From Camelus dromedarius (Eukaryota), in assembly GCF_036321535.1 (NCBI RefSeq), contig NC_087446.1:4652001-4716000 (forward strand): a DNA stretch of 64,000 nucleotides, read 5' to 3'. This document shows positions 1 to 15,300 of the stretch, in pieces (the first letter of the stretch is position 1; each line of letters starts with the position of its first letter). The translations under genes and the position numbers were made by a program. Under the pieces are notes generated by a model. It searched no databases. It worked only from the letters and a program-made list of their open reading frames with translations, and was not told where the DNA came from.

Positions 1-161
1 ACAGAGAAAAACACGGGTGTTTTCATTCTTCTGCTAACGATTCAATTTTCCCTGAAGTCTTGAGTCTTAAAGGCCACTGGTGAGATATTAACTAATGTCC
101 AAAACAAAGTACCGTGACAAGAAAGAGCCATGGACCAGTGGAGAGGAACGCCTGCACCCAC

Positions 162-303
162 CTGTCGCCCCCCTGCACGCCCATGGGGACGCAGTAATTC
201 AGCTCCAGCCGCGCGATGTTGCCGAGCCTGAGGACGATCCCGGCACCGTAAGACCAGCGGATGCACTCCGCCAGCTTCCGAATGTGAGCTTTGGGGCCCT
301 CCC
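162..303 (-). CDS. SAMM50: SAMM50 coding exon 14 (142 nt)
   Basis: [48 protein letters not shown]; acceptor ttttcag, donor AG|gtgggt. Confidence 0.96.
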
Positions 304-3300
304 CTGAAAAGCGAGAAGAGGGACGTGAGCTACGGCACGTGGCCCCTGCTGCCCTCGGGTAAGTCCTGCCTCCCTCCCCGCTGTGTGGCCTCCGGTGATT
401 TCTCAAGCCAGGCCTAGACAGTCGAGGAGAATGAATGAAGTGAGACAGGGCCAAAGCCAAGCGGGCTGGAGGCCGCACTTCCTCCCCATTCTCATGGCTG
501 GCACATTCTGCTCCCTTTGCCTCGAATGGCATTTCCCCGGCCGCTGACCACCCGGGAAGCCCTACTCCAGGCCCTGGTTTCCAGACCCCTCCCCACGCCC
601 TCCTAGCTGGACGCACCTGTGACTCTTGGGCCCTGAGCACCCAGACAAGGGACCAGCTCGCGCTCAGCTCTGGGGCCTTAATGACTGGCACAGAGTAGGG
701 GCTCGAGCAAGTCTGCTCAATAAATAGACTTTTAATGTAAGACAGCACTAGATGATTTTTCCCGCTTTTTTCATTCATTCAGCCAACACCTTTACTCTGG
801 GCACTGCATCAGGGGTGTGGGAGCCACGGAGGGCGCACCCCCTGCACTTTAGATGACGTAATCTGAGTGAGGCGCGGACACCTGCCGTGCCCCGCACTCT
901 CGCACGGGCCGCCCGCGCCGCGGGGCTGCCCCGCGGTCCCGGCTTTACCGTAGTTGAGGTTGCACAGGTTTCCCGCGTTGAGGAAAAAGTGTGTTCTGAA
1001 CAGCTCTCCGAAGCCGCCCTGGCCCGGTCGGAAAGGCAACGGGGTGTACAGGTGCAGGCCGCCGGCCCAGTACGCCTCTCCGCCCAGGTAGTCTCCTAGG
1101 TGAGCAAGGAGTGCAGATCAGAACGAGGTCACAGGCTCAAAATCACACTGATGTGCCACCATTTTCACGAGCGAGACGCGTGCTGTGCCCACCGCACTCC
1201 GTGCCCGCGTCTGCGAGCAGCTGCTCTTCTAACTCCTGCTGGCCTCATTTCAAACCATCTTTCTAAAATGATCTTCTTCTCCTGCTTTTATAATTTGCTT
1301 TAACTGAAAAAAAAAAAAAGCTAGTGTGTAATTAGGAAAGAATGAAATCAGGAATTTATCGTATCTGTAACATGCTCGGAATAAAATAAGTAAACTCTTG
1401 CAAACCACTTCTTCCACAGCTGCGGGTGACCAGTCACTGTCACTTGGCAAAGAAATGCATTATTTTGCAAATGTTAAGACCACGATACAGAGACACAAGG
1501 TACACAAAGTGCCTCTGCAGTTCCTGGAAACGGCTGTACAGAACCAGGAAGAATCTGCTACCCACCCACTGCACAAGGAAGCCGTCCTAGCTCGGCTCTA
1601 TAAAGACGCTCATTTTTAAAGATTCAGGACCACTTGCGGGTTGTTTTTTTTTTTTTTTGGACAAAGGTTACCTTTGCCAAAATTCAAGACTATCCACTGA
1701 GAGCACACATATGTGTTATTTCTAAAAATGTTCCTATCCATTCCATTTTAACTACAAAGAGCCTCAACATTAAAGCAACAACAACAACAAAAAAATGTGT
1801 ATACTTTGCTACAAAAGACTCTTTATAAAGTGTCTTAGTCTCCTTTAATACAAAATGACAGACCATGAAAGAGAAAAATACGGGTTGCCTCCAAGATCAG
1901 CCTCAAGGAATGAGCTGCTTATTTGCTTAAAGACTCCAGCACCTCCTCCGTCCCTATTGATACTAAAGCTCCAAAGGAAACAAAGACTGAACAGGTAACA
2001 GGAGGTCAGCCAGGTCTGCCTTCCTTTCCCAGCAAGTGTCGCTCTCTTTTCTTAAATAACCTATTTTACTTTAATCACAAAAGTAATATACTCGTTGTGG
2101 GAAATCTGATAAATACATAGAAGCAGGAAAAAAAGGAAATTCTCCTTTAATTCCAGCATTCTGAGATAACCAGCTAACACCCTGGTGTTCTTTTGTCCAG
2201 TGAATTGTAACGAATAATAAGAAAATAAAATGTGAGTCATTTTATCCTGGCTTTTTGTTTGTTTAATATACTGTAAGCACTTCCCTCTAATACTTTGTAT
2301 TCTTTGAAAATGTGATCTTGATGCCTGAATAATCACTTATATGTGCTGTAATATAATGACCTATCCTTTGACTGCTGCCATATTGGTGCTGAACTTGACA
2401 GTGGACGTGAAGAGGTGATGGGCTTCCTTGCACACACACATTTTAAACAGTCTTGAAGTAAAACACACACAAAGTACATACACCTAAGTGTATACGGCTC
2501 AGTGACTCCACACACGGAGCACAGCCTATAGTGAGCACCTAGACTGAGAAACAGACACGTGCAGCCCCCAGAAGGCCCTGTTCTCCTTTGTAATCACAAC
2601 CTACCACTCAGGCCAAGTGCAGCTGGCGTCCGACGGCACAGACCATCTCACCATGTCTACAAATCACACGGATGGAATCACACAGCATGCACACTCTGGG
2701 TCTGGCTTTTTTTTGGGGGGTGGGGGGCACGTTTCCAATGCTCATTCGTGCCATCCAGCCAGAGGCTCTAACTTGTTCATCCTCACTGCTGTGTAATATT
2801 CCACAGTGTGAAGATAGTTTGGGACTATTATTTTCAATAGTCCTTGCTCATATGTTTTAGGCTTTTGATACAAATTGTCAAACTGCTTTCACGAGAAGTT
2901 ACAGCAATTTACGTTCTTCCCATGGAATCTTACCAATGGCCTTTTATTAAGGAATTTATGTTTTAACTTTCAAGCAAATTAAATCAGATTCCAAAACTTT
3001 CACAGTCACTAAAAGAAACTGTTACTTTTCAAAAAAAAGAGAGAGAGACACATACTACTAAATCACTCTAAAAGAACATGCATCCATTTAAATGATGTTT
3101 TTAAAGATTCTAATACATGTGGAGATCCTCTGACAAAATGTCAAGTATTAGAGACAGTTCCAGAAACAGGAATTCTCACTCACTGCTGGGGGAGAGTATG
3201 AGTGAGACAAACTTTCCAGAGACCAATATGAAAACTGAAGAATCTCAAAACCCTTTGATCTAGCAAGTCCGCATCTGGAGCTTTATGTTATAAAGTAAAA

Positions 3301-6300
3301 CTTACAGACGAACACAGAGATTCAGTTAGGCTATTTGCTGGCACATTGTTATATAATTCTAAGGGAAAAGGAACCAGTCTAAACGTCTGAATCTTGGGGT
3401 CTGGTCTATAAAGACTGCAGTAAGGTGGGAGGATGAAGCAAGCAGCCATGAAAGATCACCAGGCTTTTGTCTTTCTGATTTACTGCTGCTGGGAATGCAA
3501 AATGCTAGAGCTATTTTGGAAGACAATCTGGCAGTTCCTTACAAAGCTAAACATAGTTCTACCATACAATCCAGCGATTGGGCTCCTTGATATTTACCCA
3601 AATGAGCTGAAACCTTATGTCCAAATAAAAAACTGCACATAGATGTTTATGTCAGCTTTACTCATAATTGCCAAAGACTGGGAGTCCTGCAGGCAAGCTG
3701 TCCTTCAGTAGGTAAGTGGATAAACAACCTGTGGTACAGCCACACAGTGGAATATTATTCGGTGATAAAAACACGTGAGCAATCAAGCTATAAAAAAATA
3801 CGGAGGATCAAATCACTAGGTTGTACAACTGAAACTAATGTAATATTGTAAATCACTTATATTCAAATTTTTAAACGTTTATATGTAAAAACAAAAATCT
3901 AAAAAATACATTATAAAGAAAAAAGACATGGGAGAACCTTAAGTGCATACTGCTTAGTCAAGAAGGCCAGTCAGAAAAGGGCACATACCGCATGATTCCA
4001 ATTATATGCCATTCCGGAAAAGGCAGAACTATGGAGATAGTAAAGGTCAGTGGTTGCCAGGAAGTAAGGAGGGAGAAGGGAGGGAGGAATGAAGAGGTGG
4101 ATGGAGCGTGGTGAATTTTTAGGGCGGTGAAACCTTTCTGCGGGGTACTGTAATGGTAGATACACGCCACTGTGCGCTTGTCAAAGCCCATGAAACGAGG
4201 CCACACAAAGCGAGCCCTAATGTGGACATGGGACCTAGTCAGCAATCACACATCAGCGCTGGCTCTCAGCTCTAACAAGGGCCCCACAGGATCGCGAGAT
4301 GCCACCGACAAAGGGTGCTATGGGCGGGAGCAGCGGAGCACTGCACTTTGTGCCCAAGTTTTCCGTTCACCTAAAACGGCTCTCAAAAATAAAGCCCATT
4401 ACACAGCGGGTGTAGCCAATGTTTTAGAATAAGTATAAATGGAACAGAATCTTTTAAGAATCGTGACCCACGGAAAAATTTGTTGTAAAAATTGTTGTGC
4501 GTCTAAAACTTACAGAGTATTGTAAATCATCTATACCTCAATAAACAAACTTAATGGAAACTTGCAGAAAATTTGGAAAGTGCAGAAATGCATTTTAAAA
4601 GACGTACTAAAATTATTAGTAATTCTCATCACCCAGATAAAACCATAATTAACATTGTGCTGTACTTCCTCCAGGTCTTCTTATTGAAATGCATGCTTAT
4701 CGTAATATTAAAGTTATCGCATCATATTTCAAAAAAAAATTTTAAGTCCCATTAATTTAAAAAAATCATGGCTTGTCAATAAGACGAATTAAGCAGCCAT
4801 TAAAAACAGTAAAGTACTTGTTCGTATGAAAGTCTTTTTGTACGTCGTTACTGCGGGGTGGCGGGAGGACCAGGTCAGAACACAGCACGTCCACACAGCA
4901 CGCATGTGTGGGCGTGTGTGTTTAAATAGGACGCTCACACGTGTCAGCTCTGGGCAACGGGACCAGAGGCCACGGTCGTGAACCTTTGCTTAGTTCTGTT
5001 CTCTCGTTTTCTATCATTTCCTCCACAGACGCCTTTCCTGGCCTGCTGTGTGGTGGATGCTGTGTCGGGTGCCAGTTCCACTGGTACATGTGAACATCTA
5101 CTGTTGTGGCAGTTTAAACACACATATGCTTTCAAAAATGAGATGCCACCGTCAGCTCAAGGTTTTTCCAGTTTGGCGTACATATCGTGGGGACAACAGA
5201 CCTTCGCTCTGCGGCCCGACGCTGTGCATGCTGAAGCCCCGCACGCTCGTGGGTCCCCCGAGGTAGAATCTGCAAGAGGAGGTGGATGTCAGAGGACAGC
5301 CGGCAGGGACAATCGACATCAGGAGGCACACGTGTGTCCTGCCTCGTCCGCAACTTTCCCCGTGCTGAATCATTCATGAATTCGGAAGATGCCCGGGAGT
5401 GTGCTGAGTTTCATTAAAATCCAAACTTCTAACCTAACCCAAATCTAAACATCTAAAGAAACACTTCAAACTTCAAGGCTCAGATAAAGACCCTCAAGGG
5501 GACGGTCTGCTGTAAAGGAATCGTCCCTGTTTGTAAGAGTTCACTAAGCTGCTCCTTTTCAAAACAGCCTCCTACGTGCTCACAATAATTAAGGTAAAAC
5601 TTAAGTTACTTAAGTTTAAAAAGAAGAGGGACACAAATTATGTAACAGTATGATCCGAACTTTACAAATAGAGGAAAATACTAGAAAGAAAGAGACCAAA
5701 ACAGAAGTACTGTAATTTTACATTTTTTTTAGTATTTTCCATAGTGATTTTTAATTAGGAGAAAAGTATATACTAAAAAATTTTTAATGAACTCCCTTGT
5801 GTTTCTTAATGAACTGGGTTATCATACTCTTTTAAACTATATCTGAGTAAAATGAAAAGCATGAATTAAAAAATTACTAGAAATCCCGTCCACTTTCTAT
5901 AAAATCTAACAGCTTTCATTAGAACCCAGCTGTAGACCCTGGTAATTACTAAACAATGAATTAAAATGACCAGAGAAGCTGTGCCCGATCTTCCCACCAC
6001 GTCTGCCATGGGGGCGACAGCAGCACTGGCCCCGCGGCCCCACCAACGTCCCTGGGTCTGGAGCAGCACAAAGGGAACAGTGCGCTGTTCCTCTGATTGT
6101 CCCCCTGGATAAAAGCCTTTGTGAATTTATTCATTGGAACTTGAGTTTAAAAGTCTATAAATGTGTTTTTACTATTTGGGATTTCTAAGCAAAGCCTTTC
6201 TGAATACCCTATTAACATTCATTACAAAAACAAAGAGCAAGGTCCATTTACTTTTTTTTTTAATGATAAATTCCATACATTTTTTTGGAAGAATTAAAAT

Positions 6301-9300
6301 GATCCAGGAAGCACAAAAAGTGAAAAAGTTCTTCCTCGCCCTTCATCTGCCCACTGTGTCCCCGCCCCCAAGGGCTGACCGCTGTCACTGGTTTGGTGGC
6401 TGACTTTCCAGACCCTCGGTGTGGTGGCTGCAAACACACACACACACACACATTCCCCTGACCAGACAGCAGGCAACTGAACACACTTCCATGTACACTT
6501 CCACTTACGGACATCATCTCGTCCTTTTAAACAATTACACAGTCTCTTTAGAACAGCTGTGTTTGAATTTAATCATTTTCCTAGAGGCAGTTTTAGAATT
6601 TCTGCGACTACCAATAATGCTACTGATGGACATCCTTTTCTATAAATCCTTGTTCTCTCAGGAATGTATTTCTGTACATTAGATTCACGGAGGTGAAAAT
6701 GTTAGGCTCCAGAATTTGGAGTTAAAAAAATTTTTTCTACTTCCAAACTGCCATCTGAAAAGGGTAAAACAACACTTTAACTAATGCAAGATGAAAGAGT
6801 TCCTCGGCTCCAAGGTAACCGTCAGTATTTCTATTAAGAGCAACCGATAATAAGCAACAGGTACAACTTCACACTCTGCCGGCGGGAGCCGAAGCCGCCA
6901 GGAGCTTCCTGACAGGCAGGCTCCAGCACTGCTCTTTACGAGCCTTCAAAATGCTCTTATTCTTTTGAGATAGTGATTCCACACTGAGGAGTCGCTCCTC
7001 AGAAAATAAAATGAACAAAAATTATTCACAAGGTTATGTTCTTCACAGGGTTACTTATATGCAAATAATGAAGCATTAAAATGCTGCTTATGAAAAATTT
7101 CCCATGATTTGATGAATGATTTACTCTATATAATTTTTAGAAAGCAGAGGACACAAAACTGTATGCAAAACACAGTGTATCAACCATATAGATGTGTGCA
7201 TAAACTTATGTGCACACACACACATACACCTGCACAAGGAAACCGAGTAAGAGGAAACACAGTTGACCCGTGAGCAAGGCAGGTCTGACCTGCACAGGTC
7301 CTCCCGTACACGGGTATTTTGCAACAGCAAATACTACAGTGCTGCACGGTCGGTGCTTGGCTTAATCTGCGGATGTGAAGGAACCGTGGGTGCAGAGGGC
7401 CGACTGTAAATTATACTCGGATGAACCCCCCAGGGTCGTTCAGGAGTCACTGTAGTCCCAAATGCTAACTCTGCTTATCACTGAGCAGGACTGTTCTACT
7501 TTCTAAAATGTTTCTCTATTTTTATATTTCTACAACATCTATGAACTGTATTCTTTCATACTCAGAAGAGAATAGAAAACTGTTAATATAATAAAGTGAG
7601 TTAACTCTACCTCTCCCCCAAAAAGCAAAAAAATATTAACTATGAGATATACTGGGTATTCTGAAATGAGCTTAAACACAAAAACTACATTAAAATTTGA
7701 AATATCTGCTTTCCTCAATAGTTAAACTTCTCTAAAATATCTTGTAGGAAACCAACCAGAAAGACCCAAAGGAAACCGTCCGCAAACTACCCAGTCCTCC
7801 CCTGTTACTTACCTATCGGCAATACTTGATGGCTTATCACCCATGGGTACCAACATTCCACCCCAGAGAGACGCTGAGAAAACCTATTGAAATATAAACA
7901 AACAATCGTTTTACTCCAGCGTTGCTTCCATTCCAATGAGCGTCGGCAGACAGAAGCCGCACTGAGACCTGGTCGCTGGCCCCGGGCCCAGCCCCTGCGG
8001 CGCGCCGAGCCCTGGGCGGGGGCACGCGGGCTGCAGGAGGGGACACCTGGCTCGTGCACTAGAAGAGCTACAGGTCAAGGAGTTTTGTGGATACTTTTTA
8101 TAACTTGCAACTTCAAATGTCAAATAAAGACATACTGAACACAAGTGAAAAACAAGCCCAAACCCTAAGCAGGGCCTGGCTCCTGCCCCCACGCAGGGCA
8201 GCAACCTCGTCTCCCCCAGGCCCAGCGGGACCAGCCGTGGTCCCGGACAAGTGATTCTGCAGCTGCCCAGGCCTCTTTGGCTGAGCCGCAAAGCGCAAGG
8301 GGGCTGAGGACCCAGGCGTCGCAGGAAAGGCAGGCTCAGGGTACACTGTTCCTGCCATTAAGAAGTGCGAAGAGACACAAACTGCCCACCCAGTCCTGAG
8401 GGACAGAGCCCTGTCTCTCACAGGTCAGGGGCAGTGACCTAACCCTCGGTCAGGGATCCAACCTCCACGCCCACGTAATCCACACACAAGCCCGACCCCG
8501 TGATGCCTTACAGCACGAAGAGGCTCCCTGGGGCCTCACCCCGGGCCCTCGTCACGTCCCCCGCCCCACGTCTCCTGAGCACCCCCCACACTCTTCCCCT
8601 TCCTGCCGTCTCTCGGACTTGCAAATTCCCATGCCCTTCGAAGCTACTCAGATACCTCTTTTTTAGAAGCTTCAGTAGGAAGGACAACAGACGAAAACTG
8701 GGACAGAGTGGGCAGAGCAGGCCCAATGGACACTATTCTGAGAAATCCAAGTCCTTGTTCAACCACATGACAGATGCTACAGATCAAAGGCCCCGGGCGC
8801 TCTGGGGGCAGCTCCCCTCCCGACTGAGAGCCCCCGGTTACCCCGGCACCCGTCCTCCATCCCCCTCCGCCTGCCTGCCAGTCACAACCCAGGGCGCAGA
8901 CCTAACAAGGGGGCAATAACAGAGCTGACTACCCACCTGAGACAACCCCACTGTGCCTCATGTCCCCAGGGACCTCAGGACCACAAGCGCCCAAGGCTCC
9001 CAGTCAACCCCCCACCTACGTCTTCCCACCGGCTCCCTCTCGCACCAGCCCCCCAAATCTTTGACACCAGCAGGACCTACAAACGGCCCCCTCATTCCCT
9101 CCTGCCCGTGCTCCCTCCTTACCCAGGCCCACCACTAAAACTCACTGACTTGTGTCCACCTCACCTGGCAACACCCGAGGCCAGGTCAACTCCAGCCCTC
9201 CGCTTCCCAAGCTGAACCTGAGCAGCTCCGCGTGGCAGGAGACGCCATCGTGGGCAGGCAGACGGGGCTCACTTCCAATCGCTCTAAGTGCTAGGGGCCT

Positions 9301-12300
9301 CAGAGATGCCTCCCCTGACTGTCTCAGCTAAGATGCACCCCTTCTGGTCCCTCTCTAGCCCTTTACTCTGCTGTGCTGTTCATCACATCACTTATCACCA
9401 CCTGCTAAGCTACATATAGATCTATTGCTTGCGGGTCACCCTTCATCAGAACGTAAGAGCAGGAACTGTGTTTTATTTACTGAGGCATTCTTAGTGCCCA
9501 GTGCCTGGCAGCTTGTACACCTGCAAGGAGGGAAGGATGGAGGGGTGGGAGGAAAAGAAGGCTGAGAAGGAGAAACAAGTGTGGAAGGAGAAGGCAGTAA
9601 TAACGGAGTCGAATGACGAGGGGGTCAGTGCAGTGCAGGAGGCACAGAAGGGGACCAGAGAGAGGCCCCTGGCAGCCTCCGGAAGAGCAGCGGAGGGGAA
9701 AGGCAGGAACCGAACTCACAGTGCACCAAGTCCAGGACTGACTGGAAGCAGTAACAGGGGATTTTTAAATTATACGTGTGTACCATTTCATTAAAACTCA
9801 CTCCTCCCCAGAGTTTGTTTTGTTTTTTTAAGAGCAGATTGATTGATTGATTGATTGGTTGGTTGGTTGATTTAATGGGGGACGGCGGGTTTGTTTACTT
9901 ATTTTAATGGAGGCACTGGGGATTGAACCCAGGACCTCATGCACGCTAAGCACGCGCTCCGTGACTGCGCTGTACCCTCCCCCGGCACCCCCTACTTTAA
10001 GGTAGCTAAGGGCACAGGCAGCAGCAGGGGTGTGGAGAGCGGTGCTGGGAAGACTGGAGAAGAAGCACCATGTCTCCCAGGCCGGGGCCCCACTGCCCCA
10101 GTCAGAACCCAGCCACCTCCTCCTCATGTCCTGAGGGAATTAGAAGGAACTAAACCAAACTGGGTTAAAAAGATTAAACGAAGACATTCCTGGAAGCACC
10201 CAGAGCCCTGAAGACCTAGCGCAGTAAGATGCAGACTCCGAGCTTCCAGGGAAGCAGCATCGGGAGGTAAAGCAGGTGGCCCCCTCGGTCCCCCAGACAC
10301 ATTCTCTTGACGGACCTGAGCTGATAAATGGGGAAGGGGCTCTGCCGTGGCACTGCGTCAGATGACTGACAGACGACACTTAAAGAGACTAATCATCACT
10401 TCTCCCCAGAGGATCCTCAATTCTGGCTGAGGTTAAAAGATCGAGCACTTCAGTTTCAAGCATTAGTGTTCCGACTTCCTGTTTAGTGCTGGCATATTCA
10501 AGAACTGAGACCTTCCAATAAGATTCCAAAAACGAGGGGCATAAACACAGGTGACTGTATTCTGGCTAAATACTCACCGAATCAAATATGAGTTGTTTAT
10601 TCAACTGAAGCTCAAAGTCCTCTTTTAGGAAGCTCACGTCCCCTCCAGTGTAGCCTGCCAGCTCCTGTGGGAAGAATCCTCAGGTCAAATGCAGCAAACA
10701 GACTCACTACAGAGGTTACTAAATGTCACTGCAATTAGGACTCAGTTTTGCTGTTTTGGATTTTGGGAAAGGCAACAGACTACTTCCATCTCCGAGAAAC
10801 TAAATACGAGTTGTTCTAGATGGTACCAGGGGACTGACAGAGACACAGAGTCATCAAACTCATCAAGTAACTGCAGACAGTTATTCCTTATTATATGTGA
10901 GAGAAATACACTGGCAAGACCAACATTTTATTACAGAGCTTGCAAAGGATGCCACGGCTTGTTTGGCCTAATCAGTGTTTGGGAAAAAAATTAGCCAACG
11001 TTTTACACTTTGGCATATTTCATATGAAAATCTGATTTCGAGCTGGTCCTCTGAAGCTGAGGATCCAGCCAACAGAGCAATCAGTGCCCCCCTCCCCATG
11101 GCCGGCTTCTCCCCCCGAGGTCACCTGCCGGGCCTGCAGGCACAGGGGCTACAGTGCCTGCCTTGAGCTGTTCTTCAAGGGGAACCAAAGGAATCACTCA
11201 CACCAACTCCTAACTTTCCTCCCGGCCTACCGAGCGACACCGTCACAGAGGCCAGAGCCCTATCCCCACTCTGTGCTCTGCGAAGGCAAAGCCCGAGCTA
11301 CAGGGAGCAATTCCAGGGCTGGGAACCCGGAGAGTGGACGCACACCTTTGCAAGCCATTCTAGAGAGATTTTTACAATTAAAGGAAAACGTTCAGTGTTA
11401 AAACGAGACTACTGTGTGTGACGCCCCATCCCTCCAGGGCCGCCAGGCCTGCGGTGGGCATGGGCGAAGGATCACTACCTGGTTAACTTTCAGCAAAGCG
11501 CCTCTTCTTGGTAGGATGGAGGAGTTCCGAGAGTCGATGACCATTGCGTGCTGAAAGAAATTTGGACTTGGAGGTATTTGCACTTCAGACAGGACTATAT
11601 GATAACAACAGATGCTCCCTGGGCACTAACTCTAGCCTAGCGCTTGCTAAGCACTCTCAAACTCTTGACGAAAACCCTGCGTTGTGAGCGAGGGAACTGA
11701 GAGTGGGAGAAACAATTCACGTCCGTTAGGAGGGAGACGCCGCCCCCGACACCCGGTTTGTTCACTCAGGGAGCGCGACACCCGACCCGAGTCAGCTCAG
11801 CCAGCTTTCAGCTAGAACGCCACAGCCAGCTCTTATCACATCGTTTCCCGCTACCATGATGTTACTCAGGAAAAGCGACACGAGGTCGCGTCTGGAAATT
11901 CACAAAGTGACCAGGAGGCACCGCGTTGGCCGCCCGAGCCGTGACACCTCTCAGTCCCTCCCGGTGTCGGCGGAGACCAGTCTCCCGCGTGCGGCAGGAG
12001 CTACGCACCTCCCGGGGCGGGAGCCCTTACCGAGAGCGACGACTTCAGCGAGTGCCCGCTCTCCTTGCGGACAGCGAACGCCGCCGTCCTGGAGAGGCAG
12101 CCCAGCTCGCGCCACACGCCCTCCCACTTGACGGTGTGGCTGGTCCTCCACACGGGGAGCTGCAAGGGCACATGGAGACCGTCAGCCTTGGCGGCCATGC
12201 AGGCGGGGGTCGTCCCAAGTCAGGTCTCGGGGCGGGGTGTGATTAAATTTCTAACTGACCTGAAGCCTAAGACACATTTGTTTCAGTGATGGCCGGGAGA

Positions 12301-15300
12301 GAGGAAGAGAAGAGGGAATTGGGGAAGGGGGGGACGGAGGGAGGCAGGCGGGGAGGCGGGAGAAAGGCGGGGTTAGCTGGGATCAGAGGGAAGCTGCGCG
12401 GCAGGGGGCCAGGAGACGGGGCCACTGGTCTGAAAGGGGCACGCAACCCCTCGCCGACCCGCTGTCTCTCCCGTCTCTGAGCTCACCCGACACAGGCCCC
12501 ACCTGGTTGTCTGCCGCCAGGCTGGGTGGCCCACATGCCCCACATCAGCTCCCGGAAAAGGGCAGTAAGACAAGGTTACGGCCGAGTGACGAGCTTCCTT
12601 CCGCAGGCAGAGGCCTGAAGCAAGTGGCTCTGGGTCCGGGCAAGTGGGACCTGCCTCCTGGCCTGAACCCTCCCCCCGAGAACAGGCCAGCCCATCTTAG
12701 ATTTCCATCTCAGAGAAAGGACCAGGTTGCTTTTGAACAGCGAATGACATTATCTGGTGTCTCAGGAAGCACAAGCGTGATGCAACTCTTACAAGGGAGC
12801 CAGGGCATGTCACAGTCTCCTGAGTGAGCCCCACGCTGGGCATGTTCTATAGCCCTCAGGCCTGCAAGAGAACTGACGGCCCAGACCCCCCAGCTGGCTT
12901 TCAGGGTGAGAACCTGGGGGCACTCATCTCAGCACGATTATCTGTCAGGCCCCCACAAGGCTCCGAGCGGGGCCCCGGGGAAGCAGATGGTGGGAAAGCA
13001 GCCCTGTGCACCTGCCATCTCTGCCCTGAGGGCCACCAGAGGTTCAGCTATTCTCCCAGATGCCCACGGAGGGGGCAGAGCTGACCTAAATTACCTCTTC
13101 CTTTCCTATAAGGCGCCTCTTAACAAGAGAAACCCTGTTCTCAGAGCAGACACATTCTACATCTCTGGATTCCCACCAGGAGGATGAGGCAGGGACCAGG
13201 CGGCACCACTTTGCTTGCACAGTCAGCCCCTACTTTGTGCAGACACCAAGGACACAGGTGAGAAGGATGCAGTCCCTTCCTCCAGCACCTCTGCTCTCAC
13301 AGCAGGGCTGGCCCCTTGCCCCCCGCCCCGGGCCTATCCCAGCACTCCCGACGTCTCTCATCTCTATGCTGTGTGGACAAACGAGGTGTTTCTACTCTGC
13401 TAGCGTCTGCTCTTTAAAAATGGCTTAGGAGACAGAGGTAAAAGGGACACGGGGGAGAGAGCTGGGGAGAAACCGCCCACCCTGCTGGTGGCCACTGTGA
13501 GCTGCGGCACGGCGGGGCTGAAGAGAACGTCCGCCAGGTGCTGGTGTCCGCACCCCTGCACAGGGCGGAGGGTCTGAGGGCTACTCCCTGCACACAGGGA
13601 AGGGTGGCACACGGTGAGGTGACAGTGGGCACACGTGCCTGTGCCTGAGCTGTGTCCTCCTGGGCTACCTCAGAGCGCTCGGAGCTTTCGTGACTTTGGG
13701 CTGCGAGGGTGCGCAGGGTGAGTGGCTGTAGTGTCTCGAGGGCCCAGAGGGCGCCAAGCACACAGCGGGAGGCAGGCCCAGGCAGGCACTCGGGGCTCTC
13801 AGACCAGAATCACTGGGAGGGGAGGAGGATCGGGCAGAAACACTCTCCTGCCCCCATTCCTGGAGATGCTGATTCAGCAGGTCAGGCAGAGTCAGGAATC
13901 TGCAGGTGAGGCCAAGGCTGCCGGTCTGGAGACCACACTTGGGAGCTTACTTTTATACGGCATTGTGTCTCAAGGTCTTTCCTCATTAACTAAAGCCTAG
14001 AACAGGAGAGGGAGCAGGGATGAATGCAGAAAGGAAGGCAAAAAGAGCAGGGTTCACCATAAAGCCTAAAAGTGGTCAAGTGATAGTAATTCCATGCGTC
14101 TCATCCTGCTAGAAGGAAACTTAGGCGTAAACCAACACTGAAAGCGTTCGGTAACCTAAAGTAACCTTCAATGGCTACCTGCAGCGATCGATCTTAGCAC
14201 AGACGAGGAAGGGCAAACAGGTGGCGTTACAGGAAGTCAGGAGCAGGGAAGAAATCCGACCGGGTCAGAGGAGCTGCCACGGTGGAGGTTAGTCACTCTC
14301 CGGCCCTGGCAATGTGCCCTTGGCCAGTGAAGAGGCGCCCAGCGGGGACCGCTGACAGGAGGACGGAGAGCAGAGGGTGACCCGGCAACCATGCCTGCAG
14401 CTCCAAGCATCCGACCAGCCAAGTCTGTGCGCTCCCAGCCCGGCCCCTCCTTCTGTCTTTGGGAATCAGTTAAATGGGCTCTTCGTTCTCGCTCAAGTGC
14501 ACGCACGGAATGACTGCAAAGCCACTTACGCTGTACTCGGCGGATATCCCTCTGTCTGTCTCCCGGAGAGAGCTCCAAGGGAACTGCCCAGTCACTTTAT
14601 ACAAGTTCACAGAGAAACTAGGAGACAAGGGGACAGAGCTTGAAAAGCTGGAGCGGTGATTGTAACCTGCACACATTTAAATCAACAGATTTAAACACAC
14701 TTCTGGGGCTCATCTTCACGAGGAAATCTACAGCACGCTGTGACACTATACAAGCGTCACCTGATTCTGCCAAGTTTCTTTTCACAAACAAGACATCTAC
14801 TTTAACTTTTAAACCAGGCCACTGAACTCAATGAGCTGCATGGCTGCCTACTTTCTTTCGAAGTTTCCGGGCTGCGGTTTGAAGAAGGACAGGCCGTACG
14901 AAGTTTCTTTGGTTCCATAGGAAAACTGAAAAGTCACCTTTTCTGCACGGCCTAGAAGATTAGGGAGTTTGAGGCCAAGGACCTGGGAGGAAAGGAAAAA
15001 CGGCAGTGGTTTAAACGGAAGGAACGATAACTTCTAAGAAAGAACTGTGCTAGCTCAGGGACTCAAGAAACAGGACAAGAACACAGACCAGGACCTGCTT
15101 TCACCTGCAGCTTCACTCTTTAAAGCGTGCCTTCACTGAGCGCACACACCTGATGGACTGGAGAGCAGGCTAAACCTGCCAGCTGTGAAGCTCAGAGAAA
15201 TCAACTGCATGGGTTTGGGGCTTAGGAGAACCTAAACAAGAAACTAGTACATCTCATAGCCTCGAATCAGGCCTGAACCACCCACGTTTATAGCGAAGCA

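Noticed and set aside
92..778. 228-aa ORF as a standalone gene
   Set aside because: Only 162-303 is SAMM50 exon 14; the rest is intron that happens to be open.
9910..9983. Possible tRNA gene
   Set aside because: Degenerate A box and acceptor stem, followed by a SINE body and simple-repeat tail; it is a tRNA-derived SINE.
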